A DNA stretch of 64,000 bases from Octopus sinensis (GCF_006345805.1 NC_042997.1:21638001-21702000); one strand, 5' to 3'; positions 37,640 through 50,754 are shown, counted from the stretch's first letter. Notes: generated from the letters alone by a model not told the origin. Program-made: numbers and translations.

Positions 37640-38095
37640 TAGCTTAGCAGCCATTTTAGATATCCCCATACAGATTCATCCATGAAAACTAGATCATCAG
37701 CATATAGGATTTACCATGAACTTCCAGTCTTGAACTCTTCTATGATGGCTTGTAGGGCTGTGGTGAACGTGAGAGGACTGAAATATGATGGACTCCTTCC
37801 CTCACGTCAAATTCGCCACTGCAATCGTTGTTGACTCTCACATTATTTACCGCGTCTTTCTACTTGGTTTATATAGCTTTCACTATCCATTTGTCTACAC
37901 TTAGTTTCCTTAGAGACCACCAAATGCCTAAACGTGGTACCTTGTCAAATGTGTTTCCCAGATCAACGAATGCCAGCAAAAGCGGTTTAACCTTAGCCAA
38001 GTATATCTCTTTCAACTGTTTCACAATGAAGATTGCATCCGTGATATTTTTCCGGACACGAAACAAAGCTGCATCTCATCTAGGTCTATTCTGTT
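37640..38095 (-). mobile_element. Degenerate RTE RT fragment
   Basis: TDAIFIVKQL...LAFVDLGNTFDKVPR..IWWSLRKL.VDKW. Confidence 0.8.
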
Positions 38096-39054
38096 ATGAG
38101 CCAATCATAACGAAAATCATATAAAGACACAATCATATCATATAGTACATTAAATGATAGCAAGATATTGCGCCAAGGCAATTATGATAGGGATGATTGT
38201 TCGTTTAGCTGTAATTTGTAACTGTGAGAGCAAAATCCTGTACATTAATTATCCTGTCACACAAATGTAAAACGTGACGATGTTAGTACATGTGCAATTG
38301 ATTAGGTATGTATTAAGATCAAACATACATCTTAAATGCATTAATACATACGTGAAAAGAAAGCATCACCAGTTTTGAAGAAGTAATTGTACATTGCCGG
38401 GAAAGACGCTCTTAGATATCGAATGCAGCCACTGAGAATAAGGGTAAGTAAATGAGAGCCTGGTATTCTCATCAGTACAGCCCTAAGTATTTGTCTGGGA
38501 TATCACAGATATAGTCCCTGTAAGGGATGTTCCCATCTCTGCATGCTTAAATTAAACGTTCAACTAATTCATAGAGTATTCAGCTAGTTTAATTCTAATT
38601 AAGGCTTTAAATACTTTTAGAATACTTCTTATATTTGAAAGCGCAGGCTTCCAAATATTTCTGTAATACATCGAAGGTGTTGAATGATGATACGCGAAGA
38701 AATTCAGTAAAAAGGCAGAAATGTAAAAAAGGTAGAAAGAGAGTGAGAGTAAAATAATATATGTAATTCTACTTTTGTGTAACCTTTCGTTTTATACAAT
38801 ATATATTCATATATTTTATATATTACTGACATAGAATATTTCCCTCAGTATCTTTTTACATACAAAAGCTATAAGATTGCAATGTTATCTAAATTTTAAT
38901 TTAGCGAGACTGGATTAATTTGAAGTAAAATCCTTACCTAACAATATTAAATAGCATCTCGTCTGATGTAATATCCACTTTCTTGATTATTCTATTGTGT
39001 TCAGCAAATTTGAACAATCGATCTAAATTCCAACAATTCTTTATTTATTTTCAG

Positions 39055-39110
39055 GGTTTTTAGGCTACCCGCTCACAGTTTTACAATTGCCCAGCAGATG
39101 GTTACCGAAG
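39055..39110 (+). other. Candidate 56-nt exon, possibly an upstream exon of the sulfotransferase gene
   Basis: T-rich tract plus CAG acceptor and GAAG|GTAATT donor; contains ATG GTT ACC GAA G. Linkage to the gene is unproven. Confidence 0.25.
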
Positions 39111-40134
39111 GTAATTTTTTTTTTTTTCAGTTTTAACTGCATTTCTAATGCATTTACATATTTCTTTACTCTTGTGTTTCAGAAACTACAATGGCCATGA
39201 AGCTTTAAAATATTCAACAATAATAATATTGTAGTGTTTTTTAAATCCCAGATTTGTTTTGAGAGTGCATATCTACGACCGAAGACCAAACCATACATTT
39301 TAAGACGGAAGAATGTAGTTTAAGGGATATTTGGCAAGAATTTCTAATAAAATCGTGCAACTACACTGAGGTCCCGTCATTATCTCGAAATATTTGTTGG
39401 TTGCGGTGGTAGTGAATTTGTGTAATATGAGATCAGCCCTGATCGAGCTCTACGCAGATAGTCAACCGAAGGACAAGTCGCGTCTCACAGATCCCTGTTC
39501 CCAGTTATGTCTTGTTTCCATCAATACTTCGATATGTAATAATAATTGTATAGAGTGTGCAACCTGACCATCTTCCTATATTGCACTCTCTCTGCTGACA
39601 AGCCAATATTTGTATACTCAGATTTTGATGACAGCAACAACGAAGGAGAGCTGGCCATGTAAACCTGGTCAGAATATTCTTATTCAGCTATTGTTGGTGA
39701 GGTGTATCTCAGGATTGCATGAGCAGCCAGTGATGCAATTGACATTATAGTTATACCTGTGTATATGTGGTGTAATGTTTTTCTAAGTGGAAGAGATGGT
39801 GTTTTGACATATAATTGTTCTAATTTTCCAAAAATTATGTACGACCTGGATTTTCGAAGCTAGTTATTCATGTAATGGGGAATAAAATGGAGCTTGAAGT
39901 ATGCTACATTGTTCCTTTTGTGGTCCAGGTGGTTCTTCGTTTTTTGTACTTTTCGTTTTGTAATTGGTTTGTAGATGCTGTCAGTGTACAGCTAACGATG
40001 CGTAGCGCACAATTTTGTGTTCTTTATATTTACTGTGGATTATTGTGAAGATACAATATTGCTTGTCCCTCATTGTCGATTATGTTATGTGAATTTATGA
40101 GTCGTTTTGCTTTCATTATTACGTTTTCTATATA

Positions 40135-40315
40135 AGGCGGCGAGCTGCTAGAATCGTTAGCTCGCCGGACAAAATGCATAACGACATTCCATCCGTCTTT
40201 ACGTTCGAGTTCAAAATTCGCTGTGGTCGACTTTTCCTTTTATCCTTTCATGGTCGACAAAATAAATACCAGTTGGATATGGAGTCGATGTAATTGACTA
40301 ACCCCTTTCCCCTAA
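40135..40315 (+). mobile_element. Degenerate SINE family A
   Basis: A/B-box head and central block. Confidence 0.7.
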
Positions 40316-40611
40316 AACATTATTGTATCTTGTATCAAAACCTGAAGCAATTATGGTTTCTATAAGTGTTGTTGAAGACGTGATGGCTTCTATGTAACTC
40401 TTAACAGTTTTGTTTTCTGAGTGAATGTGAGTGTAATATTTGAGAACCAGGATGGTTGTATTATATTCGATGTAAACTGGCGTTGCTGGTAAGAAAGAAA
40501 ATAGTACATTTGATAGGTACTACATTAAGTCTGTTTTGAGGAACCAAATTTCTATATGATTCGAATATTGTTGGAGTACTCGCGTTGCAGTTTCTAATAA
40601 TAGTTAAATAT

Positions 40612-40774
40612 AGGCGTAGGAATGGCTGTGTGGTAAGTAGCTTGCTTACGAACTACATGGTTCCAGGTCCAGTCCCACTGCGGGGCACATTGGGAAAGTG
40701 TCTTCTACTATAGCCTCGGGCCGACCAAAGCCTTGTGAGTAGATTTCGTAGACGGAAAGTGAAAGAAGCCCGTC

Positions 40775-40842
<68 letters not shown>

Positions 40843-41067
40843 GTGTATATGTTTGTGTATTTGTGTTTGTCCCCTCCCCCCAGCATCGCTTGACAACCGA
40901 TGCTGGTGTGTTTACGTCCCTGTAACTTAGCGGTTCGGCAAAAAGAGACCGATAGAATAAGTACTAGGCTTACAAAGAATAAGTCCTGGGGTCGACTTGC
41001 TCGACTAAAAGCGGTGCTCCGGCATGGCCACTGTCAAATGACTGAAACAAGTAAAAGAGTAAAAGAG
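40612..41067 (+). mobile_element. SINE family B, full length
   Basis: Colinear with 25872-26308 (reverse complement). Confidence 0.85.
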
Positions 41068-41433
41068 AATATGATCGTAATGTTATCTGCCAATAAGGCT
41101 GTCTATGTTAAACAGAGGAATGGAGTGGTTTCTTGAAAGAAGGGTAAGAAAACGTTTGTATGTCATACATATTCAGGAAGTGTTGTTCTTTTCTACAACA
41201 TAAATTTGGCGACCAGCATTTAGTGTTGTTCCTTCAACAGATGCTGAGTATTTTTTATTTAAGCATGCAGCGAAAAATGGAGTCTATGGTTTCTAGAATG
41301 GCATGTATTGGGACTCTTTTATCGTTGATGCCGTCATATATTTTCCACGTTGGGTTTGTATGTAGCATGACGGTTGAGAGTATATATAATTTCAATGATA
41401 AAGGGAGGGCTGCAACATCCCAGATATTTGTGC

Positions 41434-41487
<54 letters not shown>

Positions 41488-41574
41488 ACGCGTGTGTACG
41501 TGTGTGTGTATGTGTGTGTTCGTACGCAAAGAATGCTACAAGTACTTTGGTATTGATGGAAATACATCATACCA

Positions 41575-43300
41575 AGGTACTTTGAATAAACTTAGAGTGT
41601 TCCATGAATATTAAACCAGACTAAGAAACATATGGTAGTCCGAACTCTCCTCTTACAACAAGACAATACCCTGCAATGCCTTTACAGTTCTGATTCCAAA
41701 ATTTGGGATACTTGACTGGTCTGTTGAAGAAATCCACTCCGTAGATATTAAAACCCGCAAGATTCTAACATTAACTGAAAATATCCACAAAAATAGTGAT
41801 ATCAACAGCTTTACATAATAAGTAATAAAGGAGGAAAAGGCTTGAGATCAGCGTGGACAGCCTTCTAATGTTGCATAGTCTGTCTTAGTCAACACTTGTA
41901 AATAACAGCTGCAGTAATTGTAAACAGCAGCAGCTGCAACCGTTCAGGAATTTGGGCCTGGAGATCTCCATTTCCAGCGACTTCGAGGGCCACCACCCAG
42001 CAGTGTCGGGCGTCAACGAAGAGCCCTCGACTACAACAAGACAACCAAAGTTTTTTTTTTTCCAAGGTCTGGGGTCACCCGCCCCTAAAACCCTAGACCA
42101 TCACCTAATCACCATTACCCGTCTTGTTTCTTAACAACAACAACAACACTAGCATCAGCAACAAACGTAAATGCATTAACTTAATGCTGAAAAGTGAAGA
42201 AAACAATATCCTACGTGTTGGAAGTGAGCCACTCAGGAAGTACTCTCTTCCTGATGACCTCCCATACAACCCCAAATCAGCCGGACATGCATACCTCAAA
42301 GAAGATCTGAAAGTGAAACACTCAGCATGCCAAAACAAAAGATCATGCATGGGTATGTTTCTCGCAGACTTGAAGAAGATAGTAACATTGACATGAAGCG
42401 AAGCCTCTCTTGGACTCATGACGCTGTATTACATCACACTTCGAAGGTTATGCATTTGCAATCCAAAAACAGGAGATTGCTACAAAATGCCTAATCAACA
42501 AAAGAGACAGTGAAGCCTTCGTAGTTCCAAGATGCAACCGTCAATGTAGATAATGTCATACTTCTGTTGAAGTCATCACATGGGTGATTAGTAGCTGCCC
42601 AAAAATGTCATCAAGGTACTCCCTCTCTGTGAGACATGACGTTGTCGCAAAAACAATATACAATGCTATTCAGAAAAAAGACTGTCCTACTATAAATATA
42701 AAGAACCCGCTGTTATTGAATACGTACTCAAATGCCAGCACAAGGAATACTGGTAGAACATTCCTATCAAAATATCGGTCAAGTGTAAACATAACAGGCC
42801 GGATGTTGTTTGGGACACAAAAGAAAATGTACGTATCGTCATAGAGGTCAGTTGTCCAGCTGATGTAAATATCTCTATGAAAATCGAAGAGAAAGAAGAT
42901 AATTATGGACAATTACTTCGAAACCTCTAGCTCCTATATCCGGATAACAAATTTACGTTCAGACCAATAATAATTGGAGCACTTGATTTTCTAAGTAAAT
43001 GCCTAACTGACAGTCTGGATAAGCTTCGATTTTCAGAAAAAGAAATCAACCAACTGATTCGCTCGTTACAAATACAATCTGTAAACGGAACAGTAAAACT
43101 ATGCAAGACATTTCCCAATTTTAAAATGTGACATTGTTTTCGTTATCTACATTCCAGAGATGAAGCTTTGTATCTTGGTTAGAAACCAGCTCCTTCTTCA
43201 GAGGAAGAATTTGAAAGATTAAATACAGAAGAGACATGTATACATACATACATACATACATACATACATACATACATACATACATACATACATACATACG
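41575..43300 (+). mobile_element. 5'-truncated R4/Dong-like RLE non-LTR retrotransposon with (CATA)n tail
   Basis: Broken ORF with FGILDW..EI..DIKTRK, GYAFAIQ.QEIATK, C..C...E...VISSC, RHDVVAK, HNRPD, IEVSCP, PIIIGAL; stop at about 43130; unrelated insertion at about 41930-42150. Confidence 0.85.
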
Positions 43301-43304
43301 ATAT

Positions 43305-43860
43305 ATTATCTGCCCTTGAAGCATAATATAGGTGCAAAGACTATTTACAACGCTACCAGCAGAAAAGATTGCCCTGACACATATATCAAAGGCATGTCAG
43401 AATCATCATATATTCACACCATTAAAAACAGAGAATACTGGTAGAACACTCCTATAAAAACAGCAATTCGGTGCAAAATATAACAGATATGATATTGTTT
43501 TATACGGAATTAATGCGAAATTTACATCTTACGTGTCTTGACTATGAATTCTCATTTGTATCTATAATTATAGGCCCATTAGGCTATGTACCGACAAATT
43601 TACACAAAATCTTAGAAATATTAGGTGTTTCGAAGTTGGATCTAAAGAAACTGACGAGGATCTCCAAATTCAGTCTATTAGCGGTTCAGTAATAATTTGT
43701 TCGACATTACAAATATCTTCAATCTGAGATTCTTTAGATGTTTCGATGCATAAACTTGAGTGCGGATCAAATCATCTAAAGAATCCCAGATTGAGAATAT
43801 GTTCAACCAACTACACTACAAATTTACAAACTCCATGAACTTCAACTCAAAAAGTCTTGC
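43305..43860 (+). mobile_element. Second, more degenerate R4/Dong-like 3' fragment
   Basis: EYW.NTPIKT, SIIIGPLGYVP, QIQSISGSV.IC; starts directly after the (CATA)n array. Confidence 0.6.
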
Positions 43861-43941
43861 CGCTTTGTTACCGACCGGTTATCTCTTATGAACAACTTAC
43901 AACTCAAATAAAATGCATATGTGCAAATCCGTATATGAGCA

Positions 43942-43984
<43 letters not shown>

Positions 43985-43988
<4 letters not shown>

Positions 43989-44185
43989 GAGAGAGTTCAC
44001 GAAAAATACAAAAGACGAAGACAGGTCGTGTACAAAACAAACAGATGTATTAGTATAACGCTCAGGAATAGAAAAAGTCTTTTACGTTTCGAGCCTACGC
44101 TCTTCTACAGAAAGGGACACAGAAAAAAACAAGGAGAGAAAAAAATGTGTGTAGTCGCTCCCGAACTATCATTTATATATATATA
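43985..44185 (-). mobile_element. About 200-bp hammerhead-bearing element inside (TA)n
   Basis: Non-TA island flanked by TA arrays and containing the motif at 44079-44114. Confidence 0.6.
44079..44114 (-). ncRNA. Minimal hammerhead-like motif with variant core CUGUAGA
   Basis: CUUU-CUGUAGA-A-GAGC(GUAG)GCUC-GAAA-CGU-A-AAAG; stem I CUUU/AAAG; palindromic ACGU helix III. Confidence 0.6.
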
Positions 44186-44407
44186 TAAATACAGTGTACA
44201 TTTAAACACAATGTACACTGTATTTTTATATGAATAATATATAGTCTATTGACTAGTTTTTTTCTTCTCGCCAGACCACTGGTAGCAAAGAAATTTTCTA
44301 ATTTTTTCTTTGCTACCCTGAAATATATGTATGTGTATGTATGTATGTATGTATGTATGTATGTATGTATGTATGTATGTATGTATGTATGTATGTATAT
44401 ATATATA

Positions 44408-44473
<66 letters not shown>

Positions 44474-44574
44474 GTATGTAAGTATGTATGTATGCATGCA
44501 TGTATGTGCGTATGAATGCATGTACGTATGTATGTATTCTCATGCGTACAGTTACATATCTAGACATGTTCATA

Positions 44575-44724
44575 CATATCTAAATGATAAACTTCTGGAA
44601 AGTGTTACAGATTTTTACAGTTCCAGTGATAAATAGGATCTGTAGTCTTCGAATTAGCTTTCTCCTTTCTGATATTGTAGTATGTATGTATGTATGTATG
44701 TATGTATGTATGTATGTATGTATG

Positions 44725-44755
<31 letters not shown>

Positions 44756-44870
44756 GTTCTCTTCTACTTGTAGTTATTTGATATCTTCCTGTAAGGAAGG
44801 AGTGGTTTCTAACAAAGATGCAAAGCTCTATTCTTGGAATCAAGCACATATTTTGAACTCGAAAACCTTT
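44575..44870 (-). mobile_element. Two R4/Dong-like 3' fragments separated and flanked by (CATA)n
   Basis: About 44755-44870 matches the 3' UTR at 43130-43232; about 44575-44675 encodes LIRRLQILFITGTVKICNTFQKF, homologous to the C-terminus of the 41575-43130 ORF. Confidence 0.7.
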
Positions 44871-46371
44871 TGCATGTATGCATACATACACCCTTCACAC
44901 ACGTTTTCTATTTCCGATTCACTCAGAACGCACTGATCAACGCGAAGCTATGATAGAAAACACTACTCTAAAGTGCTTCGCAGAATGATTGAACTGAGCG
45001 AAAAGCATATCTTGAACACACGGCGTTGCCATCTACTATATACAGAAAGAATAAAGTTCTTTGGCTCACATTTGCAATATATAATTAACTATTTCTTTGT
45101 AGAATGATAAACGAGTGTGTAACAAACATGTTACAGTCATTAATTCGTGTGGCATATATACACAAGGCAACGCTGAATTTGTAAGATGATGGATTATAGA
45201 TTAATCTGCGTTGACATTTTATTAGTATTTATTTTATTGACCACAGAAAGAAAAATAAACATTCGACCATCTGGACAATAACTGAACATAAAGCAGTTGA
45301 AATTAAACCACCAAAATGAATTCTTGCGTGTAATAATTTACTAGGTCGTTTCCGTAGCTACGCCGCTGGTAAAAATATTTGTTAATCATGCACGTACCTT
45401 CATAAATTGTTGAAAGTGAAAGTCTTTTTAAAAATCTGTGTTGCGTTGTCTAAGTATTGAAAGACACAAAAACACACACACACATACATACAAATACGTA
45501 TAAACAGTTAAAGAAATGTGTGGAAGGTGTTTGTGTGTGGTGGGTGTATTCACACATAGCTATTTTTGAAATTTGTGTTGTGTTGATAGACTTGCACTTA
45601 AAATGCCCGCATTTTAAATCAAAACTTGCTTGTTACTAGCTAATTAATTTATTTTTCTCAAAGGAAAATTTAAGAAGGCGAGAAAATGGAATCAGACGGA
45701 TTTCATTTTCTGCACACAGATCGGGTTGTGTGGTCCTCATTCCGACTAATACATGATACGACTGGAATACTGAAATTTATTAATCAAACTCGGTCATTTG
45801 ATTTTATGCATGCAAGCGTTATCAAATGGCAGCAACAACTAGTTTAACGAGCCAGCTGTGGTACATAGTCAAATTTTAAGATTGTATTGAAATTTATCTT
45901 TCTCCAACTCATTGTTAACAAGATAAGTAACCATCATAGTGCCAGGGTTGACATTTAAAAGCGTTTACGAGAATGAGTTCATAAGAGTCATCGTGTCTAT
46001 GGAAATTGCCTGAAATTTAGAATTTCACTGTTTACAAACTAATGAGATCCTGATGTGAATGTTTTATTTTTTCAGTCAGAAAATCCCAGGCTCATTCAGA
46101 TATTCGTGGGTAATATAGATTATTATCTGAACGATTTTCAGTCATAGAATTTTTTGAATTGTTCTAAGCTCAGTTCTTATTTAATATTACTTATTTAATA
46201 ATACGATGTACAACATTATTTTGGACAATGTAAAGTGTAAGGAATATAAGTAACCGTGTAGTGAAATGCAAACGACTGGTTTATATGATATGATCGGCTA
46301 TAACTTCTGATAGTTGCAGTCCAGGGTCGGAAATCAGAAATGAGTTATCAACGGGTCCCAATTTTCATCAA

Positions 46372-46682
46372 GTGGAGGCACATGGCCTAGTGGTTAGAGC
46401 AGTGGACTCGCGGTCGAGAGATCGCGGGTTCGAATATCAGACCGGACGATGTGTGTGTTTATGAGCGAAACACCTAAGCTCCGCGCGGCTCCGGCAGAAG
46501 GTAATGGCGAACTTCTACTGATACTTTCGCCACAACTTTCTCACTCTTTCCTCCTGCATCTTGCAGCTCACCTGCGATGGACCGGCGCCCCGTCCAGGTG
46601 AGGAACCTATACGCCAAAGAAACCGGGAAACCGGCCCTTATGAGCCAGGCATGGCTCGAGAAGGAACAAACAAAAACAACAA
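46372..46682 (+). mobile_element. tRNA-derived SINE (family D) with a V-domain-like core and (AAC)n tail
   Basis: A-box TGGCCTAGTGG, B-box GGTTCGAAT, CTGCGATGGACCGGCGCCCCGTCCAGG block resembling V-SINE cores (from memory). Confidence 0.75.
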
Positions 46683-47185
46683 TTTTCATCAAGGTCTTCA
46701 TTCAAATTTATTGTAATCATAACCATTACGTCTCCAAAATCATCTAATTTCGTAGCTTGTGTTCGATACAAATTATAGAGCGCACTATTGAACATAATAA
46801 TTGTAGTATTTTGATCACATCCACAAACGACATCCGGTTCTTTAAAAAGATGACAGAGTCTGGAAACAATTGTAACGCCTTTGATGATGACAACTATACG
46901 CTATCAGACCTACACCAGAGTCAAACAACAGCAATGACGCTTATCTTATTGTGGATAAGCAAGCTAATCAGTAGTAAACTGGAAAAATAAAATCCTGAGA
47001 ATAGCGATTAGTTTGTTGTCCCAAAACATAAAATAAGAGCACTGAACATGTAATGAAGTACATAGTTGTCCAGAAAGTAAGGGATATTTATGAAGCTAAT
47101 TCTGACTACCCTCTGACTTCACAGATAAGAGATTTCAAAATGTTTGAAACAAACGCTTCACAATGCTTGATAACAAATCGCCCAA

Positions 47186-47252
<67 letters not shown>

Positions 47253-47255
47253 AAC

Positions 47256-47286
<31 letters not shown>

Positions 47287-47612
47287 AGGAAATTTAGATA
47301 TACTGAAATGGAGCATGGTCTGCTAATAAAGGAAGAAGGAAGTGAGTGGGATGATACACATTAAGCGCAGTTCTCTAAACTATATTTTTTCTCTTTATCT
47401 TTTACTTTTATATTCATGTTTTATGGTTATTATTTATTTTGAAATTGCTTAAAGTTTCTTTTAAATTCTCTTTAACCCCAGGAGATATATTAGATAAAGA
47501 CCTTTACAATCTAAAATGTATACTCTCATGATTACCACAAACATTTTTATAGAGAATCAAATAAATTGTATATGTAAGTGTGTCTGTGTGTATTTCCGCT
47601 ATTGTGCTGATA

Positions 47613-48635
47613 ATGTGCTATTTATTTTTCTGTCTATACATTGCAAAAGGATTTACTTTTGTCTCTTCATTCTATCAACAGATCATTCCAGGATCGGCGA
47701 CAATTCCAACAGAGTTTTCTAACACATATCAACTGAAGCTCAGGGAAACAATTAATAGCAAATTGTTTCAAACAAATCCCATCAAGGAGAAACAACAAAC
47801 AAAAGCACCACATTTACTATCAAAAGGTCTTAAATTTTCAAGAAATTTAGCCAAAAAAAGACCAGGGCTATTTTCATTGATCGCAACGAGAGAGCAAAAC
47901 TTTAAACGGAAACAATTACTAAATGGTCAGTGTCAGCGACATGGTGTCAGACGCCCTCCGCTTAATTATCTGATGCTTGTGAACCACCAACATAAAATGG
48001 TATTCTGCTACATCCCTAAAGTTGGCTGCACATTCTTTAAACGCCTTATGTTGATTCTCAATGGGAAATATCAGAATGTTTCTAGTCCGTATGATATAGC
48101 ACCAACCAAAATACACATGTTGCCAATAGATCTCCTTTCGACTCGTCCCAGAGAAAATGCCGCAGTCTTGAGGGCTTACAAGAAAGTAGTTTTTGTTCGG
48201 GATCCTTATACACGCCTTTTTTCAGGTTATCTCGACAAAATTTTCATGCCACGACAAATGTTTAAAACCCTGTGTACTTATATTATTAAAACTTTCAGGA
48301 AAAGTGTGGTTAAAAATTCAAGTATTATATGTCCTCTTGATGTAACTTTTGAAGAATTTTTGCGTTATGTCATCCATTCAAATCTGAAGAATGTAAAAAA
48401 AAATTATCATTTTGGTATGATGCATGATCTGTGTGGTACCTGTAATATCAAGTATGATATCATAGGGAAACTCGATACTTTTGTCCCTGATTTGAATTTA
48501 ATGTTTGAAGAAATTGGTGAAGGTCATAGAATGTCAGCCAAAAATATGGTAACTGAGAGAGTTGGAGATGATCTTACAGTTGTCGTTGACCACGCCTTTC
48601 ATAACAAGAATAATACATGTGTGGATTTCTCGCAA
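47613..48635 (+). CDS. Carbohydrate sulfotransferase (Sulfotransfer_2 family, CHST11/HNK-1ST-like), main exon; 5' boundary uncertain
   Basis: 5'-PSB motif CYIPKVGCTFFKR, 3'-PB motif FVRDPYTRLFSGYLDK, HF..MHDLC..CNIKYDIIGKLDT; phase-0 donor CAA|GTAAGT at 48635/48636. First in-frame ATG is 47613; alternative acceptor near 47683. Confidence 0.88.
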
Positions 48636-49139
48636 GTAAGTGACAAGCCTTGTATGTCTTTATTTGAAAATAGTGACCTACTTAATAATCCGCCACAAAT
48701 TAAGTAATGAATTGGTTTGCTTTCTTTTTTAATTAGCGAGAGTATCATAGGCTAAAGGTAAGCTCACAAAAAGCTGCATCTGTAAGCTGTTTTCATCTTT
48801 GTTTACTGTCACACAAAATCATTAAAAGCATGAAAGACAAGCAGTTTCATTTCGTACTGTGCTCTAAAATCGACACTTTTTGTTATTTAATAAATTCCCA
48901 TTTTACATAGAGAGATGGCCATTATGTCGAGTTGATCACCCTGTAACAATAGTTAAGCTACCGGGAAAACTAGGATGCAACCCAATTTCAACTTAGACCA
49001 CTCTGCTACAAATGATTGTATGAAAATAGGAGTTCTAATGTGTGCTCCTTTTTCTTGTTAGATATAAGCCATTGTGCTTAATAAAAATGTTTAATCGATA
49101 TTGTTGTGAATGTTCGTAGTCTTCGATATACGCACTATT

Positions 49140-49350
49140 AGGGTGGTGAGCTGGTAGAACCTTTAGTACGTCGGGAAAATTGCTATGCGGCATTTTGTCC
49201 GTCTATGTTCAAACTCCGTCAAGGTTGATTTTGCTTTTCATGTTTACGAGGTCGATAAAATAAGCACCAGTTAAGTGTAAGGGGTCTATGTAATCGACTT
49301 AGCCCCTTCCCCGAAATTCCTAGCCTTTTGCCAAAATTTGAAACCAATAT
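49140..49350 (+). mobile_element. Degenerate SINE family A in the sulfotransferase intron
   Basis: Decayed head and central block. Confidence 0.65.
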
Positions 49351-49392
49351 AATATTCTCTATTTATTATACTCATGTTTCTTAAATTTTCAG

Positions 49393-49728
49393 ATTTTGCG
49401 CCGCACATGGCGAAGAGCTCAGATTCGAGGATTCGTCAGTATGGATTTAGATTTCCCTTTTACCAATAACCAGACATTATTTGTAACTAAACAAGAATTT
49501 TTAGATACTATTAAAGATGCCAGTCTGGTTTCAAAAAATGATAAAAGTTTAAAAGTCATCAAAAATGAAGCAATGTCTTACGCTTATAGTACAGTACCAA
49601 TGGATGTTTTAGATCAGTTAGAGGTTCTTCTAAAAGATGACTGTTTACAATTTGGATACGACACAAGGCCAAAACATGTATTCGAAGCCAATCAACGAAC
49701 ATGGAATTTTAATTATTTTAATGTTTGA
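49393..49728 (+). CDS. Carbohydrate sulfotransferase, terminal coding exon
   Basis: TTTTCAG acceptor at 49391-49392 joins in phase 0 (DFSQ|ILRRTWRRAQIRG); open to TGA at 49726-49728. Confidence 0.82.
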   Translation: MLRRTWRRAQIRGFVSMDLDFPFTNNQTLFVTKQEFLDTIKDASLVSKNDKSLKVIKNEAMSYAYSTVPMDVLDQLEVLLKDDCLQFGYDTRPKHVFEANQRTWNFNYFNV

Positions 49729-50160
49729 GATATATACATTTAAAATGAAGCACAATTTATTAATAATTTTGAGGGTATTTATGGTTTTGCTTTTGTGTAT
49801 ATGCTGTTGTTGTTGTTTAGTACTACATCACCTTCATGGAACCCATATCAAAGATATCACCCCAGAGACGATTACATCATTAGTTTTCTAAACCAGGCCC
49901 TACAGTGTCTATCTACTGTTTCATGTTTTAGACGGTTGGATATGATGTGAGAGAGATATAGCTCTTACTTCTAGCAGGCGACCGCATACGTGTTTTAAAG
50001 TATTTTATTTATACTATGCAAGGGTACACGCCATATGCGAACTTGTGATAAACATTTCTCAGCGACATACATCATTGTTTACCGCAGCTTCAGTCTGTTT
50101 GTGTATTCTACCTCTGCAGCATCATGGATACAACTTAGTGAGTTGAAAGATGATGTTCCG

Positions 50161-50197
<37 letters not shown>

Positions 50198-50719
50198 ATA
50201 TATATATGATCTGTGAAAGTTTCTCTTACGTATATTTCTACATGACATACAATCATATAATGCTTAGCATCCATATTGATGTAAAATGTACATATATAAT
50301 ATGGAATGTTGAAATAAATAATACTAGACTGAGAAGACTACGAAACGGCTGTAATCATGGAGACATCATATAGATTTAATAAATCTGTATTCACTTCTTA
50401 TGCATCCTGATTATATGATTATATCGTGATGATGGATTGATCTCATTGAGAAATTTGAACAGTCATAGGTATGATAGATTTATGGAAAATCTGATTAAAT
50501 AATTTCAGGAAAATAGAAGACACTAACCTTATTGCAGTTAATCTTTTTAGACACAGCCTTGAAATTAGATAATATCTGATTAACTTCATATCTTTCCAGC
50601 TTTATAATCTAAGGTCTAAGGGAGATAACTCATTTAAGTTTTTTTACTTTCTACATTTATTTTTTTATTTTTATTTTTTATTTTCCGCTTTTCGTTTTCC
50701 GTTTTTTTTTACCTGACAT

Positions 50720-50720
<1 letters not shown>

Positions 50721-50754
<34 letters not shown>

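Noticed and set aside
38400-38700. Possible CR1-type 3' fragment on the minus strand
   Set aside because: Only faint motif similarity; too decayed to support a call by eye.
43714-43791. 20-bp inverted repeat enclosing a GAAACATC motif
   Set aside because: No CUGANGA core at the required position; treated as a hairpin in a decayed R4-like 3' region.
46372-46450. tRNA gene candidates (also the heads at 12093, 40612, 50767, 60189)
   Set aside because: A/B boxes are present but no complete cloverleaf; they continue into SINE bodies.
48636-48707. C-terminus of the 375-aa ORF as the true end of the sulfotransferase
   Set aside because: It is intron read-through after a consensus GTAAGT donor; an in-phase downstream exon exists at 49393.
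50325-50352. CTGAGAAGACTACGAAACGG, hammerhead-like wording
   Set aside because: Stem II is at most 1 bp, and there is no UH cleavage site or stem I.
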